64,000 nucleotides of DNA from Octopus bimaculoides (Eukaryota), in the NCBI RefSeq assembly GCF_001194135.2, contig NC_068985.1, positions 19,168,186 to 19,232,185 of the forward strand, written 5' to 3'. Positions 25,418-38,275 of this stretch are shown in pieces. Every line of letters begins with the position of its first letter. Positions within the stretch are counted from its first letter, which is position 1. The translations under genes and the position numbers were made by a program. The notes below the pieces were generated by a model. The model worked only from the letters and a program-made list of their open reading frames with translations, had not been told where the DNA came from and did not search any database.

Positions 25418-25453
<36 letters not shown>

Positions 25454-25507
25454 TATATATGTATATATATACATACACATATATAAATGAATATATATTT
25501 AAACACA

Positions 25508-25560
<53 letters not shown>

Positions 25561-25755
25561 GTCTATCTATCTATCTGTCTATCTATCTATCTATATGTAA
25601 TGTTGAGCCTAGTAATATTTTCAAATGCTACGTTTGCGATGTGTTAGTCATTTTCTTCAGACGAAGATTTCATTAAGTTGTGTATGTATGTATGTACGTA
25701 TGTATGTATGTGTGTATGTATGTAAGTATGTGTGGGTGTACGTATGCATGTATGC

Positions 25756-25794
<39 letters not shown>

Positions 25795-25889
25795 CATACA
25801 TGAGTGTGCATTTATGCAATCACACATGTATGCATATGCGTATGTATGTGCACATGTACATACGGGCGCAGGCATAGTTGTCACTGCAT

Positions 25890-27235
25890 ACATGGATCTT
25901 ATTACATACCGAACTACATGAATGTTTCACATACTTTGATACTACCTTTGACAGCATGTAGTTGTAATCTGCTTAGGTGTGTTCTTTCTGGCTTTGCGAA
26001 TTCCAGCTTTTCAAGATTGGTACTGAGGCAGTTAGTCACATAGCCAAGTGCTCCAATAATTATTGGCAGAAATCTAAAGCTATATTCCGGATGGTGTTAC
26101 TGCAAATTTCTCATCATTTCGGTTTAGATGCTTTTCACTAATCTTTTACATTATGTTAACATTTGCAGGGTAACTAATTTCAATTACTGTGCATAATTCC
26201 TTTTCTCTCTCCTAGATTACTATGCTTCGTCAGTTTGTGCTTTCTTTTATTGAACATTCCTCAACTATTCTTTAACGTTGTTTTGCTATACCCTCTACAT
26301 CCCTATAGCTTCTTATATTTATCTCCTTTCTACAAATTTCATCATTAAGTGTTGTAATCTCGTTCTTATGTCTCATTGGTAGATAATGATGTGGGTAACA
26401 TCCTTAATATTAGTTTCATAGTCACTGCGTTGTTTGTCATAACTAAGTGGGTGACCTGAATCCCTTTTCCTTTTGTGCATCAGGGAATATTTGCTGATAC
26501 TAGCTCTTGTATTGCAAAACACATCCTTCAAAGTGAGAACTAATACCTCGGTTGATAGTCCACGACAGACTATTCTGGTTGTCAATGTTGCTGGCACTTT
26601 GAAGTTTTCTAAGAATATAGCCATGCATGACTTTTTGCCGATAAGTATACATCTTTTCTTGTGATGACCTGTTGCAATAGAGTTGTGCAAGTTCTCTGGT
26701 TGTATATCCTTGGTCATCTCTCAATGAATATTTTTTGAGAAGCAACTTTCCAATTCTCATTATCAGATTCGCATATGCAGACCTGATCCATGGCAGAACT
26801 TCGATGTTTGGTGATTAATAGGAGTAGTCGAAGGGATATGATATAATATTTACATGCTGTTTGGTTCGATGATAAGCCTTTACCACCTTCTTTTAGTTTA
26901 TAAGTAAAAGCAGTCTACATCATTACTGATGTGAAAATTCTTGGTACTGGTTAGCAATTTGGGGGGTTTTAACAACAATGGCCAGGATCTCGTCTAGCAT
27001 CCAGTCAACTCAAATGTTGGTATTGAGCTAGGACGGCACTGTGATCTGCCGATTTATTGCATGTAGAATGTATTGTGGACCATATTTTCTTTATCCTGGT
27101 GTTTATTTCTTAGTTACACGATTTCTGTTACAGTTTCTAACATAGGAAATACTTTCATCTATTCCTAAGTACCTGTGGCATCTCTTTTCAGATATCGGTG
27201 ACATAGCCGGGTCATTGATAGTAATGTTACTAGAC
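25890..27235 (-). mobile_element. R4/Dong-like (RLE) non-LTR retrotransposon 3' remnant
   Basis: RYLGIDESISY (RT domain 7), ISSHFEG..., decayed CCHC region (KDVTHII), YPEYSFRFLPIIIGALGYV C-terminus. Confidence 0.8.
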
Positions 27236-28561
27236 GGGCTCGTATGTATGCGCGCATGCGTGTATGTATGTATGTATGTATGTATGTATGTATGTATGTA
27301 TATCATAGCGAGTTTGATACTTGAAGTTATAAGACTGTTGAACTTATAATAAAATAAGAATTCAGTTAAAACAGAAACGTAAAGAATAGTCTTCATCTAC
27401 ACAAATTATTTGTCAGGGACAAAACTTAACGCCTCTATCGAACCGAGTGCTTCGCTTGGATTTGAATCTAATATAAATTGTACTGTCGTAGCGACTGATA
27501 GAGATGTGTCTAAAACAGAATGTTAATGTTTCAGTCAATGAAAATAATGTCTGTATTAATCTAAAGATATCTTTAAAAGAAGGTTATTTTCCTTGCTTTT
27601 TTTTTCATATGGGTCTGTTTAGTTATAACATTTGTTGGATGTATTTATAAAACAATACTTGCACATATAATATTTCAACAGCACACAGATTAATGGTTGC
27701 TTCTGTACACACTTTATTGCCAGACATACTATTCAACCATTTATTTCTTGCTGAACGTCTGGTAGCCAAACGGAGAAAAAGTTATACGCAGGGTGTTGCC
27801 GAAGCCGGGGGCAATTTACACATAGTTCGTAGCAATATAAAACCACGAACTATTCGAGAGACGCCTGTTTGGAGCTTTTTCAACAATGTTGCTGGGAAGC
27901 TTTATTTATTTATGTATAATCTCAAATCTTTCCTTTGACTGTTTCGCCTCACGTTATCGTATAGTCTAACAAGCACACTTACATCTATTTTCAAATTCAT
28001 TTATACATATGCATTCACAGTTGTACATACAATGCTATAAATATATATGAATATATATTTCCGACGATACGCAAAATATATATATCTATTGAAATACATT
28101 TAAATATAGATGTGTTGGAGTTACAAAAATATGTATGCGTATGTAAATATAACGTAAGACACAAGTAAACAAATAAATATGAAAAATGTATCTTGTGATT
28201 TTTGCGCTTCGTTTATTTAAAATTATTTCATAGCACACAGATTGCAGTGGAGTGGCAGAAACGGAACCATCAGGCCGAATACCTCACAATATTTAGTTTA
28301 TTCGCACTTAGTTCAAATCTCACCGGGATTAACTTTGTCTATAATGAAAGAGTTATCAATATAGATGCAGGTATGGCTATGTGGTTAAATAGATTTCTTT
28401 GCAAGTATGTGGTTTCGGGTTCAGTCCCATGACGCGGCACCTTGGGCAAGTGTCTCCCAGGTCCACCTAATGCCTTGCAAGTGAATGTGGTAGACGGAAA
28501 CTGTGTGAAGCGCGTCGTATACACACACGCATATATACATATATACATATATGTGTGCGTA

Positions 28562-28611
<50 letters not shown>

Positions 28612-28629
28612 TACGTATGTGCATGTATA

Positions 28630-29012
28630 TCGTTTATTCTTTTACTTGTTTCAGTCATTTAACTGTGGCCATGCTGAAGCACCACCTTTTTTAGTCGAAG
28701 AAATCGACTGTAGGACTTACTCTTTGTAAGCCCGGTACTTATTCTATCAGTCACTTTTGCCGAACCACTAAGTTACGGGTACGTAAACACACTAACATCA
28801 GTTGTCAAGCGAGGGTGGTGAGGACAAAAACAGACACAAACACACACACATACGCACGCACGCACACACACATATACGACGGGCTTCTTTCAGTTTCCGT
28901 CTTCCAAATCCACTCACAAGGCTATAGTAGAAGGCACTTGCCCAAGGTGTTACACAGTTGGACTGAACCCAGAATCACGTGGTTGGGAAGCAAGCTTCTT
29001 ACCACACAGAGA
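28630..29012 (-). mobile_element. SINE family B (with adjacent head 28365-28520 + and tail 29085-29295 +)
   Basis: Same head and tail motifs. The minus copy is nested inside the internal microsatellite of a plus copy. Confidence 0.8.
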
Positions 29013-29018
29013 CGTTGA

Positions 29019-29051
<33 letters not shown>

Positions 29052-29367
29052 TGTATGTATGTATGTATGTATGTATGTGTGTGTGTCTTTGTATCTGTGT
29101 TTGTCCCCCAGCACCGCTTGACAACCGGTGCTGGTTTCTTTATGTCCCCATAACTTATCGGTTCGGCAAAATATACAGATAGAATGAGTACCAGGTTTTA
29201 CAAAGAAGAGTACCGGGATCGATTTGCTCGACTAAAATTCCCCAAGGTGGTGCCCCAGCATGGCCGCAGTCTAATGACTGAAACAAGCGAAAGACTAATA
29301 GTACAAATGCAAGCTACTACCAAGCGTTTGTGTCACGTTAAGGGAATTAACTCATACAAGACGGTAA

Positions 29368-29499
29368 ATGGTGGTGGCGAGGGTGATAGCATTTGTCGTC
29401 TGTGACGTCTGTTTGTTGTTGGCAGTCATGATGGTGGCGGCGGACTGCAATTACGAAAACGTGTGCATTAGTGCATACGCTTTAAATTTCTGTCCATAA
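29368..29499 (+). CDS. Candidate small ORF (43 aa) with signal-peptide-like N-terminus
   Basis: MVVARVIAFVVCDVCLLLAVMMVAADCNYENVCISAYALNFCP*. GC-richer unique sequence; AATAAA just after the stop. Confidence 0.2.
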   Translation: MVVARVIAFVVCDVCLLLAVMMVAADCNYENVCISAYALNFCP

Positions 29500-29712
29500 A
29501 AATAAAAAGAAGAAGCAAAACAAAAACATTGTTTTTTGCCGTCAACTCCTTACTACTTACAACGCCAGCCACCATTATTTCTATTACATTATTTCCCTAC
29601 CAACATCATCGACAAAACAGTCTATTTCGGTTTTCAACGTGTGTGTATAGCAGCTTCCTCTGTTCTCTTTCTCTGTTCATTAATGACTTGTAGACACACG
29701 GTATTTAATATA

Positions 29713-29948
29713 CAGTAATCCCTCGCTATATCGCGGTTCATCTATCGCGGTTTATTATTTAAGCTTACGTCGATTCCTCTCTGGTATTGTTTTGCATTTA
29801 TAATAAAATAAATATATACAAATTATGAAAATAATAAATAAAAAATATGCAGTACAGAACTGTTTCTACTTCGCGGATTTTCACCTATCACGGGGGGGGG
29901 GGAAGAGGGGGTTGGAACGTAATACCCGCGATAGTCGCTGGATTACTA
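29713..29948. mobile_element. Tigger/pogo-type MITE
   Basis: TIRs CAGTAATCCCTCGCTATATCGCGG and CCGCGATAGTCGCTGGATTACTA, with TA on both sides. Confidence 0.75.
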
Positions 29949-30659
29949 TACTACAAAGTATATTACACGTTTTTATAAGTCAATATCCTGTACTACTGTT
30001 TTAGCTGTGCAATTAAATAATTGGTAAGGTTACCTCTACAGATTTTCCATAGAAATTATAACCAGCATCTAATTTCGTTACGACGTTTCGTATCCGAGAC
30101 GTCAGATATAAACAAACAATGAGATCGAAGATGAAACTCCTTCGCCGCTCGTTCTCTCCCCCTCCCTCTCTCTCTCGTCTCCACCTTTCGTTGCTGTTTC
30201 CATCACCACAATAGCAACAGACAACAACAGCTCTCAATTTTTACTAACGAAACCCATAGAATTTCCATGGATTTCATAAGTCATTATAATTGCAAAGATG
30301 TGAATCGACAGTTGTTGGTATATTGGATAAACCGCTTCACGGTATTTGTTCCGATTCATTACGCTCTGAGTTCAAATCCCGCTGACGTCAGCTTTGCTTT
30401 TCATCTTTTCGGGATCGATAGAAAAATACCAATCTAGGACGGTGGATTGTTGGAACAGTTTCCAGGTCAGGCAAGATGCCTTGTAGTAAATGTTCTGGTT
30501 CTTTGCATTCTAGCAGTAATGCTTGCCATAACGCTGGTGTCGCGCTGTATCGACCAAAGTTAATGCCCTTTGCCTTGCATAGCATCAGTAGCATGGAAAG
30601 GGGAAACTAGTAAGCAAGGGCAACTGCTAGTCTTCCTAAAAATAAATCTTACCCAGACC

Positions 30660-31045
30660 TGCATATGTGTCTTTTATCTTTCCCTTGTTTCAGCCGAATG
30701 AGTCGAACTCAGTACATTTTTTTAAAGCCTGGTACTTATTCTATCGGACTATTGAACCGCTAAGTTACGGGGACGTAAACACACCAGCATCGGTTGTCAG
30801 GCGATGTTGGGGGGGACAAACACAGACACACAAACATATACACACACATACATATATATATACACACACACATATATACGACGGGCTTCTTTCAGTTTCC
30901 GTCTACCAAATCCACTCACAAGGCTTTGGTCGGCCCGAGGCTATAATAGAAGACACTTGCCCATGGTGCCATGCAGTGGGACTGAACCCAGAACCATGTG
31001 GTTGGTAAGGAAGCTACTTACCACACAGCCACTCCTGCGCCTATA
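30660..31045 (-). mobile_element. SINE family B
   Basis: Head ending ...CCACACAGCCACTCCTGCGCCT, internal (CA/TA)n, and tail. Further partial copies at ~15410-15605, 17200-17470, 31660-31790, 52340-52720, 52970-53170. Confidence 0.85.
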
Positions 31046-31114
31046 TATATATATATAATTTGTGAAAACCATAAATCCAAAAGAAGAAGCACTCTCTAAG
31101 ATGTAGAGCAGTAC

Positions 31115-31654
31115 ATATTAAAATCGGAGAAGGCTGGTTTATGGGATTACTTTAGGTTTCCCGTTCATAAAGGGTTTAACTGCAGTACTGCGAACATGTG
31201 ATTAGAATGTCACAAGAATGGATTGCAAAACAGATTGTTCAAACCGAGCCAACCGGCAAGAGATATAGATGTAGACCAACAACGAGATGGTTGGAAAATA
31301 TTCCATAGTCTCAAGGCGGTGAGCTGGCAGAATCGTTAGCACGCCGGGCAGAATGTTTAGCGACATTTCGTTCGTCTTTACTTTCTTAGTAGAAATTCCG
31401 CCGAGGTTGACTTTACCTTTCATCCTTTTGGAGTCGATAAAATAAGTACCAGTTAAATACTGGGATCGATGTAATCGACTTACCCCCTCCCTGAAATTGC
31501 TACTCAAAGTAGTGAGGCAGTTCCCCCTCCATACTTTTAAGAAGTCATGGCTCAACAGGTTTTTGAGATCAGACGATACGCCATAAAGTGAAACCCTTTA
31601 TGGACGGGAAACCTAAGGTAATCACATAAACCGGCCTTCCCCATTTTTAATATA
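31115..31654. mobile_element. MITE-like element with ~66-bp TIRs, interrupted by a SINE-A
   Basis: 31115-31180 (ATATTAAAATCGGAGAAGGCTGGTTTATGGGATTACTTTAGGTTTCCCG...) is the reverse complement of 31588-31654. Confidence 0.7.
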
Positions 31655-32683
31655 TATATTCTTTCAGTTTCCGTCTATCAAATCTACTCACAAGGTTTTG
31701 ATCGGCCCGGAGCTAAAATAGAATATATTTGCCCAAGGCGTCACGCAGTGGGACTGAATCCAGACACATGTCATTGGGAAGCGACAGAGACCCAAACGAA
31801 AGAAATGCTAAATACTAAAAAAATACTAAAACAACCCCTCAAACTTTTCCTAAATTTTAGAGCTCTTCAACAGAGAGTCAAAACAAGTGCCGTAAGTGAA
31901 ATTATACTTATCGAAAATCGAACAAAACATTTCTAGAATGAAGCAAGCGCTGGCGGTCAAGATTGATATTTTGTCACGAATCTCAGTTAATCCTTTGACA
32001 AAAGGTCTTTGTACCAAGTCTAAAAGAAATAAATAATTTTATGAATGAAGTGCATGCTGTAGATCAAAGAGCTATGATTTCTGTTGAGCAGGGTTCAGAA
32101 TTCTGTTTTGATTACGAGCGATACTTTTAAGAAGGTCACTTAAATAATCAAATCTTATTCACAAATTTTGTGCTTAAGTAAAAGTTGTTTATTTGAAGAA
32201 AGAAAGCCATTGAGTTAATGCACATGGCTAAATAATTTATTATATCTAGTTTTCTGAATAAGAAATTAATTGTTTAGCGTTTAGTTTGCACAGCTACCGG
32301 GTTTGTCTTTTCTCCGTCTGTGGTCGATAAAATAAGAATCAGTAACATATTGATCTGCTGAAGAGAGAATAGACATTTCTAACAAAATTAATCTAACTTT
32401 AGCCGAAATAGTCTAAATAAATCGCTATTTCGTGAATGAAACATTGATTACATATTGATAATCAAGCAGATATTGCAGCAACATTTTAATGGCTTTTACG
32501 GTTGAATCGCCAAACTATCACAAGATAAATCTACAGATAGAAACGTATTCTGTAAAAATTGAAAGTGTTATACAAACGAGATGTGTTTATCTCAGAGACA
32601 CAATTAAAAAAGAAAAAAAAAAAGATAAAAAAGACAATCGAATAAATGATGCCATTTTTAAAAATCATTATTTAGTATTTTTT

Positions 32684-32890
32684 AAGGCGGTGAGCTGGCA
32701 GAATCGTTAGCACACCGGGCAAAATGCTTAGCGGCATTTCGTCCGTCTTTACGTTCTGAAATCAAATTCCATCGAGGCCGACTTTGCCGTCCATCTTTTC
32801 AGGGTCGGTAAAATAAATACCAGTCAAGTATTGGGGTCGATGTAATCGACTAACCCCCTCCCACCAAACTGCTGTCCCTGTGCCTATAGT
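32684..32890 (+). mobile_element. SINE family A
   Basis: Consensus-like. Additional copies at ~1-81(-), 14150-14335(-), 16085-16290(-), 16670-16950(+), 20000-20195(-), 21850-22015(-), 22865-23085(-), 24760-24950(-), 31313-31503(+), 34756-34980(+), 39355-39545(-). Confidence 0.85.
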
Positions 32891-35834
32891 AGAAAAGAAT
32901 ATTGTTTTATTTACACGAATCTTACTCTAATGCTGCCAAGCTGTTTGGCCAAGGTCTAGGTCGTTTCCTTTGACAGACTCTCGCATGCATAGGCAACTAC
33001 CAGTCTTCCGAAAGAAAAAAAAAAATCTTGTCCAGTCGTCCATATGTAAAGAAAAGTAATGCCAAGGACCTTTTTAAGGGCATCTGAGATTGGGTGCGAG
33101 TAGTTATCCTCCGACCGAATACCCGAACTAAATGTTTGTAACATAGTGTGCTCTATTGAAGACAATAGTCAGATGGTAGTGTTACACTGACTGTCGAATT
33201 AAGACAGTAAAAAATAGGAATAGTCTTTCTGATGGGTTCTTCAACAGATTTCGTCTGTCCAATTTCATTTGCATGGCTTTGGTAAAAGAAACTTGCTGGA
33301 GGTTCCATACAGTGGGTTTGAAATGGAAACCACGTAAACAAGCTTCGTAACTAAACAGCTATGCCTGCACCCTTCTCAGTTGAAGAGAATCAATATTAAA
33401 ATGCCCGAGAAAATGACATAATTAATTGAGAGTCGAAATTTCAGGTTATTTTGAACTCATTTAAAACTATTAGGAAACTAAAGGAAGTTTAACAAGTAGG
33501 TTTCGCATTAATTACGTTTAAGAAATCGTTTTGAAATGCTGTTTTTGCAGCACATTTTTTATCTAGCTAATGTCTATAACAAAATAATACTTTCTTTTTT
33601 ACATCCGAAAATGATAAGCACAAGATCGAAGTTCCAAAGAAATTATGCAAGATAAAGTTATGCGAAATCTGCGATGAGCCCGAGTAACGCCGATGATCTG
33701 GAGTCTCTCTGATATATATATACAGGAATCATTTTTTCATGTTGTATGAATTCTTTCGATTGATACTTTCGATTGTTGCTAATATACCTCCGTTAATTAG
33801 CAAAACTGAATTTCAAATCGACCATTATTTTCTAAACGCCCAAATAATTTTTTGTAATAAAAAATTTTCATCATTTGCCTTGTCTTTCTTGTGTGACCCA
33901 TACGTGTTACGTTCACAAGGCTTACCTGTAATATTTCTGGACGAACCTCCGAGTAATAACTAAACGGCTTACATGCAATAATTTTTAATATCTCACTTCT
34001 TTAGGTCGACTTAGCCTTTTATCCTTTCGAGGTCGATTAAATAAGTACCAGTTTGTCTGTCCTTGTTTGTCCCGTCTGTGTTTAGCCCCCTGTGGTCATT
34101 AAAGAAATAAATATCTCACTTCTTGTAAAGTTCTAAGAATGCGTTTAATCTCCGAGCCACAAATTGCATATTTATAGAATTGATCAAGTGTTTCATAAAG
34201 AAGGGGATCTATGTGCGTTCCTCTATCGACTTGAGAGAGACCAAAAGATATTTATCGGAGTCTTTTTTCAAGTTAGATGGCAACATACTGTAATTAAAGA
34301 CTTAAAACCATTTGAGTGTGTATAAAATATACGTAGAAATGAACGTTCTAAATTGATCTACAAAAACCAGTTTTAAAAGCTTTTTGTTAAGATTCATTAT
34401 CTTCATAAAAACTCATGGAATGTGTAATTCCATCAACATTGGTAAAAAATGTGCTTATATGAGGTTTCCAGGCATCTCTGTTACAGTGAATTTAAGCATT
34501 ATAATTATTTCCCCAGGTTTAAAAGAGCATTCTTTTAATTCTTACTTCCGTAAGGAAATGAAGATAACTAAAATATTTCGCAAATGTTTTATTTTTACGT
34601 GAGATTATCGAAGGTCGGAGGAAATGTCTTCATTCCAAATGGTTATGGATTATGTATTTGTATTAACATTTATCTTTATGGCACCTGCAGAAAATAGATT
34701 AACAACTAGCCGTAGGAAATATAACTTCTATTATCGTAACGTTTAGTAGCAATTAAGGTGGTGAGCTGGCAGAATCGTTAGATATCCGGGCGAAATGCTT
34801 AACGACATTTCGTCCGTCTTTGCGTTCTGAGTTCAAATTCCGTCGAGGTTGATTTTGCCTTTCATCCTTTCGAGGTCGATAAAATTTTATCGACCTCAGT
34901 TGAGTACTGGGGTTGATATAATTGATTTAACCCCACCCCCGAACTTGCTGGCCTTGTGCCAAAATTTGACACCAATATTAATAGCAGTTATTGGAACAAA
35001 TTTTAGGACTATGGTCAGGAATAACTCTCACATGAACCCCTCACTCACACACACAAGCATAGCGGACACATGTGTATGCATACGTATTGACTTTTATTCT
35101 GAGCAGATTTGGGAAAGATTTACAAGACCAGGTGCAAATTGCAAATGTATAAAAGCCTATGATAGTAGACATGTACCAAAAAAAAAAAAGAAAAAGACAA
35201 ATCAATAACTTTAGAAATTCTCAGGCTTGCAACTTACATAAAATTACTATTTGTGGTCTTAAAACTTAAACCGTCTTTTTTTTTATGGCGTTTTAGAGAC
35301 TCCATCAGTGAGTGGTTTCAAATTACGAAGCGAATGAGATTTTACCCACAGGCAAGGAGTTCCACACTCTGCTTTCGAGAATAACCACTGATCATAAACA
35401 AGGAAACTACTATTTTGAGTAGCTTCCTTTTTAGTTTGTGTATTTGTGTCCAGTTTCGAAACATGTGCTTTCTTAAATCTATGTGCCTTACCACTAATTA
35501 ATAGACATATAACCTGAGATTATGGGTTTATGGAAAGGTTGGATATTATATAACAATCGAGACTTCACATGGCTTTACATATTTGCTTTTTTTTTGTATT
35601 ATCTTTTTTTACTTGCTGAGTCTGGTGGAAAGGGTAGTGACCATAATTTTTATAGGTCTTCCGATGCTGATGAGTTTGTTGTCGTTAATGTTCCGCTTAG
35701 AATATTGCATTTTAATACCTGCAGCACAGAGGTGAACAACGGAGAAGATTCCAGTGAGGAGATCGTCCGAAGGACAAGGAGTGAGATTAGTGATTACGAT
35801 GGGGTCGGAATTATTATTATTATTATTATTATTA

Positions 35835-36397
35835 TTATTGAGTGAGAGAGCAAAGCATGCCATCAAAGTGACACTGGGGTAAAATATACGAAGCCCATTA
35901 TACCCATCACGACTACCCATCTGATAAGGGTACACCAGGCACATGCATCACAATCATATGTGCGTAACATGGTGATCTCATATCACGATAAACAGCGCAT
36001 GACCTTGCAGGTGGGGCCCAGTTAGAATTTTCTTCAGGTCGAGTAGCCTATCCCACTCAAAAGGTCCCTGAATAAGGTTTGTTTAAGGATGTTGAGCAAA
36101 ACACCCATATTTCCAAAGGTGAATTATTCAAACCCCAAAGAATTCCTCTCAACACATGGCTATGATGCTCCCCCACTACTACTGCTCATGATCAGAGATG
36201 CACATATCGTCAGCCACCAAGGGACATGCTCAACTGTTTAAGGTCAAACAGCTGACAAGCAAATCTGTGGTATTGAGCAGAATATTTGTTGTAGCCCATC
36301 TTTTATACCAAGACAAAACAATGTACATGATGACATTTCCAATCAGTTAAAATTAGAAGCCATGAGAGCCACTGCCTGATACTGCATCAGGGCATTT
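35835..36397 (-). mobile_element. Unclassified ~560-bp non-coding repeat (family D), flanked by (ATT)n
   Basis: Second partial copy at 41693-41955 with high similarity. (ATT)n arrays abut both ends. No ORF and no tRNA head seen. Confidence 0.7.
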
Positions 36398-36512
36398 ATT
36401 ATTATTATTATTATTATTATTAATATTGTTATTATTATTGAAGAGGAATACGAGAGGTGGAGAGACTAGCTAGACTTGAGGAACAGAAACCATTACAGTA
36501 GCAATTAGTATT

Positions 36513-37020
36513 ATTTCTCTTTATCTCAGGTTTTGTTGTAATTCCTGGAGTCTTGCTTGCATAGCGGGCTTGCTGCCTGCAGCCTACGTTAACATGCTAT
36601 CTGTTCGTTTCAACTATCTAATACCCCGCTGATTATTCTGTCCCTAAAGACCCAACAATAATTGGCACTATCTTCACCTTCTTCATTTTCCATGGTCAAG
36701 ATATTTCGTACTTAAGAGGATTGAATTTATCTAACGCCTTCCTTCTCGACTATTCGTGAGTCAAAGGGGCACGCAGCGTCAACTACATAGCACATGTGGT
36801 GTATCTTTTCCACCACCACTAGGTCCGGTCTGTTATGCTCTAGCACCTGATCTGTTTGGATTGGTAAATCCCAGGGTATTTTACTGGTCTCCAACTCCGT
36901 CACTCTCTACGGTTTGTGCTCATACCACGTCTTGCCTCTCTGTTTCCAATGTAGCACTTTCGCTACCTTATCGTGTCGCCACAACTTGTAGTGGTTTTGG
37001 GAAAGTCTAGGGCATTCGTT
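36513..37020 (-). mobile_element. R4/Dong-like LINE 3' remnant (RLE domain)
   Basis: RHDKVAKVLHW, WYEHKP, KIPWDLPIQTDQVLEHNRPDLVVV, VVDAACPFD, KVKIVPIIVGSLG. Confidence 0.85.
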
Positions 37021-37086
37021 CGTGTTATGAGCAATGGTTTCGTCAGCTCTATTACAGATGCGGCATTATTATCATTATTATTATTA

Positions 37087-37192
37087 TTTCTTTTTATCTA
37101 AGGTTTTGTTGTAATTGTCTTGCATGCGTAGCGGGATTGCTGCCCGCAGACTACGGTACCATGCTATCTGTTCTTTTCAACTATCTAATACT
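37087..37192 (-). mobile_element. Short 5'-truncated copy of the same R4/Dong 3' end
   Basis: Aligns with 36513-36630 (GGTTTTGTTGTAATT...TGCTATCTGTT...TTCAACTATCTAATAC). Confidence 0.7.
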
Positions 37193-37217
37193 TACCTGAT
37201 TATTCATATATATGTAT

Positions 37218-37307
<90 letters not shown>

Positions 37308-37969
37308 CGGTTAAATATAAATCTTAGTTGTTTTGCATTTGAAAATTATTTACTTCCTTATTTGGATGTCCTATCCTAAAAATACAGCCTCACCAGTTAA
37401 TTTACTTCATTTCCAGAAGTTTGAATTAGCTCATATATGGAAATTTATTGAGGGAATATCAGCCTTTAATATTTTAATATTATTATATGAATTAGCACCC
37501 AATTTATATCTCTTTTAGTCTTGTTAAGATGAACATGACTCCAGGAGCAAGAGCACATTTCAAGGTGATTACTATCTCCATACCTATGTAATTCTAACGT
37601 CTTTTTAGTTTTTATCTAAGCTACCGACGATTACTTTCTGGCAACTCAGATTTTCTATTATGAATATCTCTGTCTTTCTGTACGAAGCAAATTGTATAGC
37701 AACATGAGTAATAAAAACTATAATCCGTTTTAACATCTAATCTCCTCCATTTAAATAAACATGAATGAATTTGTTGAGCTGTGTTTAATAAGTTAAATCA
37801 TATACTTAATATATATATGTATGTATGTATGTATGTATATATGTATGCATATATGTATATATAAAGGATGTTTGTTTAAAACGAACAATTGTATCTATTT
37901 GTATTGTGAACTTATATGGTGAATCTTTTTTAATCCATCGGTCATTTTTATACGTATTATATATTTTTA

Positions 37970-38275
37970 AGGTGTATGGCTCAGCGGTTTGAGCGTCGGG
38001 TTCACAATCATGAGATAGTGAGTTCGATTCTCTGACCGGGCTGTGTGTTGTGTTCTTGAGCAAGACACTTTATTTCACGCTGCTCCAGTTCACTCAGCTG
38101 TAGAAATTAGTTGCGACGTCACTGGTGCCAAGCTGTATCGGCCTTTGTGGTACAGGAAATATATATGAAAGAGATAATATCGGTGGCTGGTATGCATGGG
38201 CGACTGCATTGGAGGGCAACTTTCAAGGTGCAATCTCATGGTCATTCATGACCGAAGGGGATCTTTACCCTCTTA
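37970..38275 (+). mobile_element. tRNA-derived SINE family C variant
   Basis: ATGGCTCAGCGGTT A-box, GAGTTCGATTCT B-box, TTGAGCAAGACACTTTATTTCACG core. Confidence 0.75.

Noticed and set aside
25023-25921. Many overlapping ORFs rich in Y, I, H, T, M, C
   Set aside because: Translations of (TA)n, (TACA)n and (TATC)n microsatellites.
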